DNA from: Styela clava
Lineage: Eukaryota
Length of the DNA: 64,000 nt
NCBI RefSeq assembly: GCF_964204865.1
Contig: NC_135258.1
Location: 21,204,001-21,268,000 of the forward strand
Direction: 5' to 3'
Part shown: one piece after another, positions 25,330 to 38,829 of the stretch
Layout: each line of letters begins with the position of its first letter
Numbering within the stretch: position 1 is the stretch's first letter
Program-made: the position numbers and the translations under genes
Notes under the pieces: model-generated
Databases searched by the model: none
What the model was told of the DNA's origin: nothing
What the model saw: the letters and a program-made list of their open reading frames with translations, nothing else

Positions 25330-28300
25330 ATGATGTTCAACAATGATAATTCAGAAAAGATTGGGATGTTTATATTACTTTTGTGCGCATTTGGATTTTG
25401 CACTGTTAGAGCAAACTTCCTGAAAAAGAACTGGTGTGCGGATGTCACTGATTGCTAGTGAGTAGCAGAGATATATTGAAATATTTGTATAAGTTATTAG
25501 TATTGACAATATCACCAGTAGCTGCTATTGAGGCAACATCAGCATGCAAGTGGAAATTTTGAGCTTATGACATTTCTCTATTCGAACACACTATAATTGC
25601 ATTGCTATATGTACTGGTATCAAATATTTTTTGATTATACTAAAAACCTTTTTGACTGAAACAAATTTGTAGCATTTCTGATGTTTGCCTCTTTAATTAT
25701 TTAAACAAACACTGATGACAAAAATTTTTAAAATGTGGAATGAAAATTTTAAAATTCATACCAATATTTGAGAAACTTTATAGTAGGTAATTCCTATCCC
25801 AATTTATGAAATTTTTAGTTGCTACAAACTTGACACCGACAAGGTTACAGCAGAAAACCAACTGTTTGTATCATGTGACAAATATGACATTAGGATAATG
25901 GACCTTCTACCTGTGATGAATATAAGTATTCTTCAATTTAAATATGGTGAGTACCAGAGGAACTTTCAGCAAGACACTCATTTACTATTCGATTGGAATG
26001 CATTCTTTTTCAGTATCTTCAAGCACAACAGAATCTTTGAGGAATTTACGAAACAAAACAACGCAACTGAAAAAGTTGAGTCTATCTGGTGGTAGTTTGC
26101 AATATTTTGACATGCGATGGCTACCAGGTTTGGATTTTATTTTTCTGTTCTAGGTTTATGATTAGGAAATACTCTAAAAACTCACCATTCAAAACCAATA
26201 TTCATTTTATTACAGATATGATAAAAGAATTAACAATCAAAGAAGTAAAGATCGACCAATTCATTCCACAAAATAGAAATTCAAGTCTATGCAAGAACGA
26301 AAAAGTCAGACTTAAAAATCTGACGAAATTAACACTCACCAAACTTCAAAAAACAATTCCATGCATTCCAGATTCAGTTTCCAAAATTTTATTGGTAGAT
26401 ATCAACATCACAAATGGCACGGCATGGCCAAAATCATTAGCACAATTGAAAATAACATTCTACGGAAAAGGAAGTATGCCACAAAACTCACTTCAGCAAA
26501 TGAAAAATTTGACATTGGTTTGGTTAACATCTATTCCACTTCGAGAGGGAAATATTCCACATATTGGAAGTGAAAGTACTCTGAAACATTTGATGATCCT
26601 ATCATGTAACTTGCATTCAATCCAACCAGAATCTTTACTTAAATTTAAGAAACTGCACACAGTAAATATGAAGAGTAACAGAATATCCAGGTTTTATGCC
26701 AAGCTACCACTAACAGTTAAAACCTTGTTATTATCGTTTAATGAGATTACAGAAATATCAAAAAATCAATGGCTAAATTCAAGTCTGAAAATACTATATT
26801 TAAACCAAAACCATCTAGAGTCAATGCCACTGGGTCTGCCAAACACAATAGAAGACCTCAATTTAGCATATAATCAAATCAGCAACTGTCCTATAGAAGC
26901 TTTCCACCACTTGAGCAGATTGAAAATACTGGATTTATCTCATAATAGGTAAATAATCAATACAATAAGGAAATTAAGTTTACAAATTTTATGTTATTTT
27001 TTGTGTTTTGAAGAAAGAATAATATTATGAATAAGCAGAGATTTTTGTAATAAATATAAAAACAATGTTTTCAGGTTGCTCACAATGCCTCTCGGAATTC
27101 ATCCTGGACTACTTGACTACAGCATTAGTTACAACCTTATAAGCCTTGTACCAGGTTCACAAGCCTACAATTTCTGCACACAATGTAGACAATTTGGATT
27201 TGGAAACAACAAATGGCTTTGTGATGATAAATTTTTTGAAATGATGTTATGGATAGTGACAAATGCTGACAATGATGTGATAAAAACGTTTTACTTGAAT
27301 TTGCATTCATTCTCGCATGGCGAATGTACAAGTTTGCCCAAAAATGGTAAGTTGATTATTAAATTCGAATGAAAATAAGAAGATTCTGATGAAACTTTTT
27401 TCAACAGCTTTGACGAAAAAATATTTGGAACACGCCAAAACCTTCATGCAACAACTTAAAATCATACCATTTGCCAATTGCCGGTGAGTATGTGGAATAA
27501 ATAGCAAAATCTTTGAGAATAATTAAAACCTTTGTTGGAATAAAAAGATTCCTAAAGGGCTCGGTTACTGCTTATATAAGCATTCACATGAATAAATACA
27601 GTATTGACTACTGATATTGAAAAATCACAATAATTGATGGCCAAATAACTATCGACACTTTGAGGGTTGGTGAATCGATCATGATGGCTACATATTCAGT
27701 CGCCTAATGAGCTTTAATACTTGTTTTCAATAATAATCTGAAAATATGATAATACAAAGATTATATTTTAGTTATGAGTCACAGAAAATACTCAACTGTA
27801 CTAATGCCAATCTCGATAATTTTCCGAATTCACCTCCGGATGGTCTAAAAAAGGTGGTAATTAAAGGAAACAAAAATCTTAAGGAAACTCCAGACTATAT
27901 ATTTTCAGCACAAACTACTTTGAAAGGGTAAGTGTACATAATGACTCAGAAACCCAAATTGCAAAAGTCCAAAAGTTAACAGATATAACAAAATCATTTT
28001 AAGACTGGAATTGAATGAAAATAACCTGAAAAGAATTCCATATGGGCTTCCTTCAATGATAATGCACCTCAGTTTACAATACAACAACATCACGGAACTA
28101 TCAAGCCGAGATGTGGAAGCTTTCAGTTTTTTGAAAGACTTGAAAGAATTATATCTGGAGGGCAACAAAATTAGAACTTTATATAGTAATCAGTTCAAAT
28201 ACCTGACAAAACTACGTTGGATAGGATTAGAATCAAATGAATTGGTGAGTTGATCAGATAAAAATAATTGCCATGCTGTTCTCAGAGCTTTTTTGTTTAT

Positions 28301-30994
28301 ATTTAACTAAACGCAGAAACAATTTCTTTGATTTCACAAAGCACTTTATTTTGCATTACTTTATTTAATTTCGAACGATTAAATTTTTTTGCCAAATATA
28401 TGATCTATGCTGCTTTGCAATTACAAACAATTTAACAATTTCATTTGCAATAGGTTTGTGACTGCTCTCTGCAATCCCTTATAGAGTGGTACCAAAAGTT
28501 AATTCCAGTGCTTCATTATGGGAGTAAGCTTGCAAGATATGCGAGATGTAAATATCCTACAAGGTGGAATGATCGTGACATTAGGAAAATGCATTGGATA
28601 TACGAGTGAGTGTACTCCCTAGATTTTCATTTTGATTTTATTTCTTAATGACGACAGAACTATATATATATATATTTCTGCTTAACAGGTATGAATTACA
28701 ATGCAGACCACCATCATGCAAATGGAAAGAACTCGAGATGGACGATATTCTTAACTGTTCAATTGCTGCACAAAAGGTTGGAAAGTAACTAGAAAGATAA
28801 GAAGTATGAGATCTATAGCCCAGTGGATATGATATACCCTCATACTCTGGATTTCCTTTCGATATGTAATAACTTTTAAATATTATTATACACAAAAAGG
28901 GAATCCTATTTTACAATGGTTGCACATGCTAAAATTCAAATATATAATAAATCGTATAATATTTCAACAGGAAGAAAAATATTACATGTTCTCCAAACCA
29001 GATCCTGTCATAGGAGCCCTGCCAAATATACCTCGAAACAAGCTTTGGAAGTCTTTGATTATTAGTGGTCTAAAATTAAATGATGACGACATTCAGCTGA
29101 AACATCTAAAAAATCTGATCCACGTTGACATTTCAGGTAAGAAACGTAATGACAATAGCTGGTAATCTACATTCAACACAATCAAGCAGTTCAGTTAAAG
29201 ATATCCCTTTTTTCGATTTAACTTCTAGAAAATCAACTGACAAGATTGCCAATAGAAAATTTACCAACCAATGTGGAAGAATTGCAGTTGAATAAAAATT
29301 ATATCACAAACTTACCCACAAAAGAAAATATACTACAGAACGTACCAAAACTGCGGCTCGTGAATCTCAGGAATAACAAAATCAAGTAATATTATTAACG
29401 ATGGTTAGAATTTATTGCGGTAACAAAAGCAAGCTGCACTTTTAAGAAGAACAATTCACATTGCTCTAAAGACTGTTTTTGTATATTAGAAATCACAACT
29501 TACACCAAATGCCATTTTTTATTAACAGAATACTTAGTGTTAAAGAGGTCCAGCTGCTCCCAGTGATTGGTTCTGTATTTATGCGAGGAAATCCTTTTGT
29601 GTGCAACTGCACTCTCAATCATTTCATCACATGGGTAAAAGCAAACGGAAGTTCTCTCAGCCAGAATGGAAAATATGACATTCAGGTAAATGGTATCAAA
29701 GTAATTTTACTAAAGTGCAGCGAATACATTATCAAATGCATTTATCTACAAACAGGAACTTCGGTGTGACAGTCCAAAAGAAATAATGGATCAAAGAATT
29801 CAAGATATTTCCTCAGAAGATGTGTGTCAGAGTAGTGCCTCAATAATTCTCAAAGCAGGAATTTCTGCGATGGTGGCTGTAATAATTTTAACGCTACTTA
29901 TAGTAGTTTTTCTGTATATGGTGAGGAAAATGAACTTATTGACTTTTGTTTCAACAATTTTTGACCGCACAATAGCTGTAAAAAGCGATCGCCGAACACG
30001 ATTATCGTGGATAGGAACAAAACAAAATTTGTGGAATCAGACTAAGAAAACTATACAAATCTTTACTTTTAGAAAAGACGACGCGACTACAAAGCTCAGA
30101 TATTGAATGGTTTTCAAAAGCTTCTACAACAAGAAAATACCTTATATATGAAACAAGAAACATTTGGAAAAGACAATGAAACATTTGTATTTGATTGTTT
30201 TGTTGCCAGTGAAGATACAGAACACGACAATAAATATTTAGAAAAAATAATTCAAGTTAGTATTGGCCAAATATTCTAATCTTTCTAATACTTAATTTGT
30301 TGATCACATATTTCCCATATTTTGGGGAATTTATATTGCATAGAATAATATACTAATATGTACTACTCACTCAGTACTAGTTAATAGAATAAAACAGTAA
30401 CGAAAGCATGTTATAATGTTACATTCATAGGAACTTGAAGAAAAACGAGGTTACACCCTTTGTATCGCACATAGAGATTTCCCACCAGGAGAAGACATAG
30501 CAGAAAATATTGTCAGATGCATCGGTTCATCGAAGTGTATCATCTTGCTGTTGTCCAAAAGCTTTATTTCAAGCCCATGGTGTCAGTACGAGGTCCAAGT
30601 CGCATTGACTGAACTCCATGAAAGACAAAGAAAACTGCTTGTGCCGATTTTGATAACGGTATTGAAAAATTGTTTCTGGATAACATCTAATATTTATAGT
30701 TAGTCATTACCAAATGTTCTCTTGATTAGCAGTCTAATTTTGAGCAGCAAACTGGAAAATCAAAGCAGCAATGTCCCTAATATTGTCACCATACATCCAT
30801 TCCTATTTCTAACTAAATCAAAAGCTAATGTTTTGATCATCATATTTTAGGACTGGACATTGAAAGACAACATACAGGGAGCAGTGAAGTCATTTATATC
30901 TACAATTCCACCAACCAAAGCACCTGCTCTGAACGCACCTCAAAGAGAATGGGAAAAGTTTTGGAAAACATTCGAAAACTTACTGAATGCATAA
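25330..30994 (+). CDS. Toll-like receptor B (multi-cysteine-cluster type), ~1095 aa, 17 coding exons
   Basis: Exons 25330-25457, 25819-25946, 26014-26127, 26216-26948, 27075-27346, 27408-27483, 27772-27927, 28004-28244, 28454-28605, 28689-28776, 28971-29136, 29229-29385, 29529-29685, 29756-29920, 30073-30255, 30431-30658, 30851-30994 (3288 nt, in frame). Signal peptide MFILLLCAFGFCTVRA; three LRRCTs; TM ISAMVAVIILTLLIVVFLYM; TIR FDCFVASE / CIAHRDFPPG / SPWCQYE / KFW. Confidence 0.88.
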
Positions 30995-32881
30995 TAATAT
31001 TAATCACATATCTTTTCAAATGTCTATAATGATGCAATTTAATTTATTCCTATCTTGTTCCTATCTATTCTGAACAAGCAATAAAACTTGATATTAAAAG
31101 TGCTTAAGACCTATTTTCAACAATTAAAAAAAAGTGCTATAGACTAGAAAATCAGTCCGAGGATAGAATCTAGTTTTCATTTTCAGCATGCAAAACAAAA
31201 AGCATAAAACTTTAGTCTAAAAATTCAATTTCTGATGATGAAATTTACCTGGCAATTGTTTCAGTCGTATTTTATCCTGAATGATTCTTATAAGGTATAA
31301 TCATTATGGAATACTCATACCTAAATCTACACTTTTATGAAATTGTGATGACAGGCTAGATGGTAGATTTAAAAAAATAATTATATTGTATATAACCACG
31401 CTGTTGGAAAAGTAGTTATTTCTGATTATTATTTTACTGAAAAGTTTCACAGTCATACAATGAAATTTCGACAACCACTATATGGATTAGGAAAAAACAG
31501 GTATTGTGCAATATGGAAGAAATCTAGATAGACTCATTTTTCCACAAGTAAAAGAGTTTTTAGGTAATTGCAACACATTAGAGTGTACTTGTGCTGAATA
31601 AATAGATGAGGGGTCAAAGAAATGAACGTCTTTACCAGAATAATAAAAACTGATGTAAAATATTTCGAAATTTTTGAAAAAAAGCTAGTGTCAATCACAC
31701 AATGATGATAGAAATATTATGAAACAATTATACAATTTATTAAAAAGTTTGAAGTTTCTTTGAAACAAATACAATTAAAACGTTTTATCAAAATGCATCT
31801 GAAAATAATATTAATTCACTAGAACAAGTTACAGATATCAATATTAGGATTTGGTTGGGGATACTGTAATCTCTGCCAAGTAGCATTTGGTTGAGAGGTA
31901 AATAATTTTTTAGCGTTTCCAAGACAAAAAATATCAAGTAATGTGGTAGGAATGGTTTTTATTCGATATACCTGGATTCAGGAATGGTATAAAAATCCAG
32001 TATGAATCATAGTGGAGAAATGTGGACCAAAAAGGGTTCCTATCCCTTCCCCTAGGCCATTCTAACTTATTAAGCTAATACCCACTCTGTTTACTGGCTT
32101 ATCGATACATATTTGTAAACTAAACACTAACTTGAAATTTTAGCCAAGTATTAGGAAGTAATTTATCTATGATAGGACAGAAAAGGCGAACCACTAAAAC
32201 GAGTTTGTAGATGAACAAACAGTAGTGCATATTTAAAATATTAAGTAGGTGAAGATGACTGGCAATATGATGAATTCCAAATATGGTTAGATCAAGGATT
32301 AGACGAAAGTGAGCATGGCAACTGGAAGCGGACGCATGAGTAAATTCAGAAAAAATCTATAATACATCACGTTTCAGAATTGATAGGTGCACTTTACACA
32401 TATGATACTTAAGTGATGTAAATATGCAAAATAAATTCACTAATATATATGAAGCTTATAAAAGCCTTCAAGTTCTATCAATTGCTGATCACACGACTTA
32501 TGCACTATGTTGTTCAAAAACTGTCCTTACTCAATTTGTGACTACAATCATGTGCTATTAATAGATATTTCCTGTAAGTTGCGAGCAGCCTGGCAACCAT
32601 TGTGCAAAATTGTAACCCAGAACTCTATATAAGAGGGAATGTGCAGAAATATCAAGATTATGAAGGAATTTATTATTGCCTACAAATACATGAAATTCCT
32701 TTACTTTAGCTGATATTAAATATCATTCATAAATGTAGTGAATTGGAGTCTAAAGTTCCAAAAATTTGAATTGAGTTCTTTATTATAACCTATTATTTAT
32801 ATATTACTTCACACATTAACCTTTGATTTGTTTTGTAATTTTTTAAAGCATATTTTCAATTTATAATAAATGTTAAACTCA

Positions 32882-35800
32882 ATGAAAATCTCAGTATCAA
32901 AAACCTGTATACAAGTTTATGCTGTTGCTTTATTTTTATTAATCAACCTGAAAGATCTGCAGGCTGCGAGCTTGTGTCCGGAGATACAAGGATGCCGGTG
33001 AGTATCCAGTTATTCATTCAGAGGTGGTGAAAAATTTGCAAATTCAACTCAAATGATTGCCAATTTGTTTCAGATGCTCAAAGGATTCTACATCTTACGG
33101 TGAAACAGATACAGCAGACGGAACAATGAAGATAAGTTGTTCAAGTGTGACAGATCCTAAACTGCATCTCATGCCGCATGAAAACATCACACAGCTCATT
33201 CTGTCCAGTAAGTTGGTTCTATCCATTTTATTTTCAACTTACTGCATACACCCTAGTATGTTACCATAATATATAGATATAATGACAAAATTTGACTAAT
33301 ATAAAAACAATGCGGTTCAAATATGTTTACAGGAGTAACAATTGCTAACTTATCTATCCTGGATGAACTACGTAAAACAAAGCTCAACAAACTTAGTCTT
33401 TATCGAAACAATTTTGGAGAAACTGCAGTCTTCACTTGGAAATGGATACCAGGTACCAAACTACCATTATCATCATGAATGAATTTGGAAACAAATTTTG
33501 TTCAAGTAAATCATTATTCATTTACCGCCAAGAGATGCACAAAATTTTAACCAAGTGTTATGTACATATAAGGCAACAAAAAAATATTAAGGATACTGTG
33601 AGCATTCCGATATAATTCTATATTTTAGAAGTCTTTCAGACCAAAACCACCAATATTTTCATACTTTCAGATTCGATTACAACTATTTCATTATCAAGAA
33701 ATGGATTCATAAATTTTGCGAATGGTGAAGAGGATTGCAACTTTACAAGAATGAAGAATAATTTGACGATACACATATCAGATGAAAAAATTTCATTATT
33801 ATCATTGTGCTTACCTGAAAGTACAACAAAGCTATCAATTTCTAATATACAACACAGTGGAAAACAGGAAACAATAGAGATGACGGAATGGCCGAGAAAT
33901 ATGAGCATATTGTTGATGAGTAGAATCACATTGGATCATAAGCATAAACATCTTTTCCAATCAATCCCAAGCACATTGAAGACGATGATATTCAAAGAAG
34001 TAAACATTAATAATATTAGTTGGGCAGAGCATTTTCCATCACATCAGTTAACAAGCTTAACCTTACAAAATTGTAGGTTAAGGGAAACATCCTCTGTACT
34101 GATTCCTTTAATGAAAAATGCAGTAAACTTGAAGTATTTATCACTTAGTAGAAATCAATTCAAGCAATTACCAAGTTTACTTTCAACGTCAATCGAGCAG
34201 CTTATTATTTCATACAACGAAATATCTAATGTGGACGAAACTGTTTGGAAAGAATTCCCGAATTTAAAGCAGCTGAATCTGAGACACAATCGATTGTCAG
34301 TAGTACCAGTTGGAATGCCGTCAACACTTCAGAATATCGATCTCGGATACAATCAAATAGAATACAGTCTTTCTTCAGCTTTCAGCTCAATGTACAATCT
34401 CACTTCTTTGGATTTGTCTAACAACATGTGAGTAACCTTTGATATTAAAATACAAACGTTAAAATAGAAAAATATTTATTTTCTGAATTTCCTTTATATT
34501 TTCACATTTGTTAAGACTAGGAGTGGCCAATATAACTTATCTTAGGAGTTATATCTTGTTTCATCTAAAAAACTACAATCTACAATTTAACGAAAGCCTA
34601 CAAATATCTTTGCTATTTCGTGAAAAGAGATGATTATGTTATTCTCATTTATCAGTTTATTACTACCTAGTTCAGGCATCCTTGTGGTGAGAGCCACAAC
34701 AAATCCAACACCCTAGCACTCCTCAACCTAGAGCACTTACATGGAAGATATTTTGAATCCTGCATATTCAACTACTCAAATGACAAATCTACATTTAAAT
34801 AATTTCTAACTTTGAAAGATTCACAACATTGTATAAAAATAAATGTATTCCAAATGTCTTTCCCCGATCCCTGGTTAATTGAGCATAGATATCTGATTCT
34901 ACTTTTCATGACACGTGGTCGTGCACTATTATATGCATACACTATTGTAAATTCTCGTACAATATACTTGTCAGGTTGGAAACATTGCCGGAAGGAATTA
35001 CACAAGGAATACAAGTTTTGTTTCTTCAAAATAACAGAATTTATACAGTCAACAATCCACAGAAATATAATTTCTGCAAATACTGTAAGATAATGGCTTT
35101 AGACAACAATCCTTGGATTTGCAATGTTCAAACCATACTGATGTTCTCATGGTTGAAAATGCATGAAATCAACACAGGATATTTATCAACAAGAAGTCAA
35201 ATTTGCAAACCACAACCTGGAGGTAAGGTTAAGTGATTATTTACCATTGAATGTTGTTAACTGTGAATACTTTTATAATCCAAATAATCATGATTAACAT
35301 GGAATCTATTGTTACTAAGAATTGGACGAACATTTTATTTACGAAACAATGGAGTATCTGAAGTACATCAGCAAATTCAACAGCAATTGTTCATACACTG
35401 TGGACTCGTTGAAATGTGTCAATGCAGGACTGAACAAAGCTCCAGATACATTGCCAGCTCATCTCAACAAAATCAGCATCACTGGGAATCCAAACTTGTC
35501 CCAATTTCCAGATAATTTGTTTTATGCACAGAATAAACTAAAAGAGTAAGTACGGTAATAATTTTAGTGTAATACATAAAAGAAGAGGGAGGGTTATATT
35601 CAAAATATTCAATCACAATCCAACAGTGATACTGTAATTTTATTACATCCCTCTCCATCCTTCTTGATCAATGCTTTAGTATATCTTTTGCTGAGCTGTA
35701 GGCCTACTTATAATTTTAAATAAAAGGCATTAACATTCAGTTACTTAAATCTATTCTAGGTTATTTTTGGACCACAACAACCTCACAAATCTGCCATTTG

Positions 35801-37204
35801 GGCTTCCTAGCCAACTTGTCAAGCTTAGTATGATCGGAAACAGAATCGGGGATTTCACACAAAGAGACTTGGCCACATTGAACAATTTAACATCCTTGCA
35901 ATTCCTCAACATCAAAAACAATCGTATCAAAACATTGCATGCCTGGCAATTCGAAGCTTTGCCAAACTTACAGTGGATTGAGTTGGCTGAAAACCAGTTG
36001 GTAAATCCTAAATCACATAATTTTATTTTTTGCTTCTACATTAAATACTCCCTGTAGATATCATTGTTATACAACATTGCATGAGAGTTTCATGAAATCA
36101 TAAATGTATTCAGATATGTGATTGCAACCTTCTATCATTTGTGACATGGTATGGAAAAATGGCGCCAAGAGGAACGAACCAAATTACTATGAGTTACCCA
36201 ACTTGCTCATTACCTGCTGATGTCAAAGGGAAGGATATACGCCAGCTTTATGGATACTATTTGTGAGTATGAAGACATTTAAACTTTAAAGTATATGAAC
36301 AAAAATGAACAAACAACAATCAGTAAATCAAATACACAAGGGATATTGCATATTATAAGACAACTAACAAAAAGTTATCAAGTACCTATTTTTTCATTAA
36401 GATATAAGTTACAATGTGTGCCTTCTGAATGCAGTTGGGATGGACAATCAGGATTATTGGACTGTTCTGCAGAATATCAAGTTAGTCAAAATTGAAATCT
36501 TTGTCTAAATTTGAATCCAAAATTTTGACATATATTTCTTCGGCAACTAAGAATACTGCATGGATTTAAATATTACCTATGCCAAATATCATCAAATTAA
36601 TTTAACCTAGGTAACTACGAAGACAATCTTAAAGTCAAAACCAAAGGCAAATTTTCATCATGCACCAGTAATTCCACCAAGCTCACAATGGACTTCATTG
36701 AATTTGAGTGGACTGAAACTAAATAATAGCCAGATTCAATACGAACATCTCACACAGCTGAAAACGATAAATTTATCAGGTAAGAAAGCATACAGAACTA
36801 TGAAGTATTAATCACACCACACAATTTACAAAAATAATTCAAATCTTTAATACCTTTACAGACAATGACTTGACGAAAATACCAGTTGAAGGATTGCCAA
36901 AAAGTATTAAGAATGTTCAAATGAATGGTAACCCAATTGCAAATGCTCCCAAAACAAAGAATAAGTCATGGATGAAATTGACCTCACAACAGATAATTAG
37001 GTAGGTGCTTAAAATTAGAATACCAATTCCCTGTATAGCCTCCCTATGTAGCCTACTGTACATCACAATATTCACATTATTCAATGTTACAGAAAATTGA
37101 AGAAAAAAAGTATGCAGCTGTATCAAAAAAGAAAACAAATTTCTAATATATTGAAGATGGTTGAAAAGAGACTGCTTTCACTTCAGCACCGCAAGAATAA
37201 CTAA
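32882..37204 (+). CDS. TLR-like LRR protein C lacking TM and TIR (candidate secreted form), ~829 aa, 12 coding exons
   Basis: Exons 32882-32997, 33074-33207, 33333-33452, 33671-34427, 34975-35222, 35320-35545, 35760-36000, 36114-36262, 36402-36480, 36611-36779, 36862-37000, 37093-37204 (2490 nt, in frame). Signal peptide MKISVSKTCIQVYAVALFLLINLKDLQA. Exons are homologous to TLR-D exons 1-11. No TM or TIR exons were found before the next paralog starts at 38830. The last exon is the least certain. Confidence 0.78.
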
Positions 37205-38511
37205 TATCCACAGGAAAAAAGGGTCCATGCACGCTAAGAGTAACATTACATCGAACACAATCTGCCACTATTCAGTATTCAGATGTTGATTTCTAAGTAA
37301 TATAGCATGGAATATACTTTTATTCATTATTGGCAAACTTACATGGCTAATATTGTCAGTAAAAGTTGAAGAATAACATAATGAAACGATAAATTAAACA
37401 AAAAATATTCAATTGTTATACAAGGCTTCTTGAAATGGTCTGATATATATATATAAAAAGATTATAGCAATATAGAAAAATATACGCAAAAAAGAGTATT
37501 AGTTATCAAAAGAAATGGGACCCAAATGTATTATTGCACAGCAAAAAAGTTCCGCCCATTAATTTTTCAAATAATTGAAAAGAAGATTTTTTTTTATAAA
37601 CCAAGATTGTTTGTCCATCTTTTCTATTTTCAAACCATATAACAATATCATATACCGGAAACAATTTGTATGTGTTAAAATATTAGCAATAAAGCATTGG
37701 ATACAAGAGTTGTATATTGATATTAATAAATATGATCTTGGAAGTTTTTGCGAGTTTTTTTAACCAAAGATAACAAAAACCCAACTGACTGCAAAATGAT
37801 CACTGGTATGAGGATAGAAACTCTGACACACCTAGAAGTAAATACCAGTATATATATATATTTAGTTCTCAGTAAATATTGTTTGTAGATACAATACTTG
37901 AAACTATACAAGGCAACACTGTCAGGAAAATAGCTGAGTGAAAATGATCTCTAAAATGTTGCGTTGACTATAGGGTGTTGAGGTGTTCAACCTAACAAAC
38001 AAGAAAAAATCATAGTTCGAATTGAAATGTTGTGCTCCTACAGTTGCAGGTTTTACTATTGCCATAAGATCAGGTTTCATCGTATAGAAACTAGATTAAA
38101 TGGGAAAGCGCGAGCAGGAAGTAATAGTAAACCTAATTTCCCTTCTAAATAGCAGTGATGGTGACACACTTCGATTGTGATAAGAATTAGCAAAGAAAAA
38201 GGTGATAGTTTCTAGTAAGACTTTTGAACAACTTTGTTGTACATGTACGATATCAAAATATAGTCTGGAAAAACTTTCAGGCCCTTATAATAAAGTTAAA
38301 TATTTTCATGTCACACTGAATGGAATTTAAATTTTTTTTGAATTTATCAAAATTTTAGATACAAATATAAACTAAGCTCATAAGAAAATTCACATAAAAA
38401 TTAATAGCAAAATTTTACACCTGCTATTGTTTCAAATCACGAGTGATTATAGATCATGTATTCCCATTTCTAATTGAGTAGTATTTTCGTTAAGCGACAA
38501 TAGACAACAGA

Positions 38512-38518
38512 TGACTCA
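38512..38518. promoter_or_regulatory. AP-1 consensus TGACTCA upstream of TLR-D
   Basis: Exact 7-mer ~310 bp 5' of the ATG; may be chance. Confidence 0.2.
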
Positions 38519-38829
38519 TTTTCCTGATAAAGTGAACTTCTTGGACTCATTGATGCGATGGCTCATACAGTAGAAACCCTATAGAAACCATATGTTAAGG
38601 TGCAGAGTTACATTAATAACAGTCAATGTCTACGATAAACAACAATATACCAGTCAAGTCAATTATTTATCATATGTTGAAGCAAAAAATTGAAATTTAT
38701 TGTTATGAATTAAGACTTGAAAGGTACTGGAAAGAGTACTGGAGAATTAAGATCACTCTGATGTTATCTTTAATTAGCTTTAGTTTTTTTTACTAATTCA
38801 GATAAAGTTTGATTGTAATATAGACAGTG

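Noticed and set aside
32882-37204. TLR-C as a pseudogene
   Set aside because: No stops or frameshifts in 11 homologous exons and canonical splice sites despite strong divergence from paralogs; not fully excluded without expression data.
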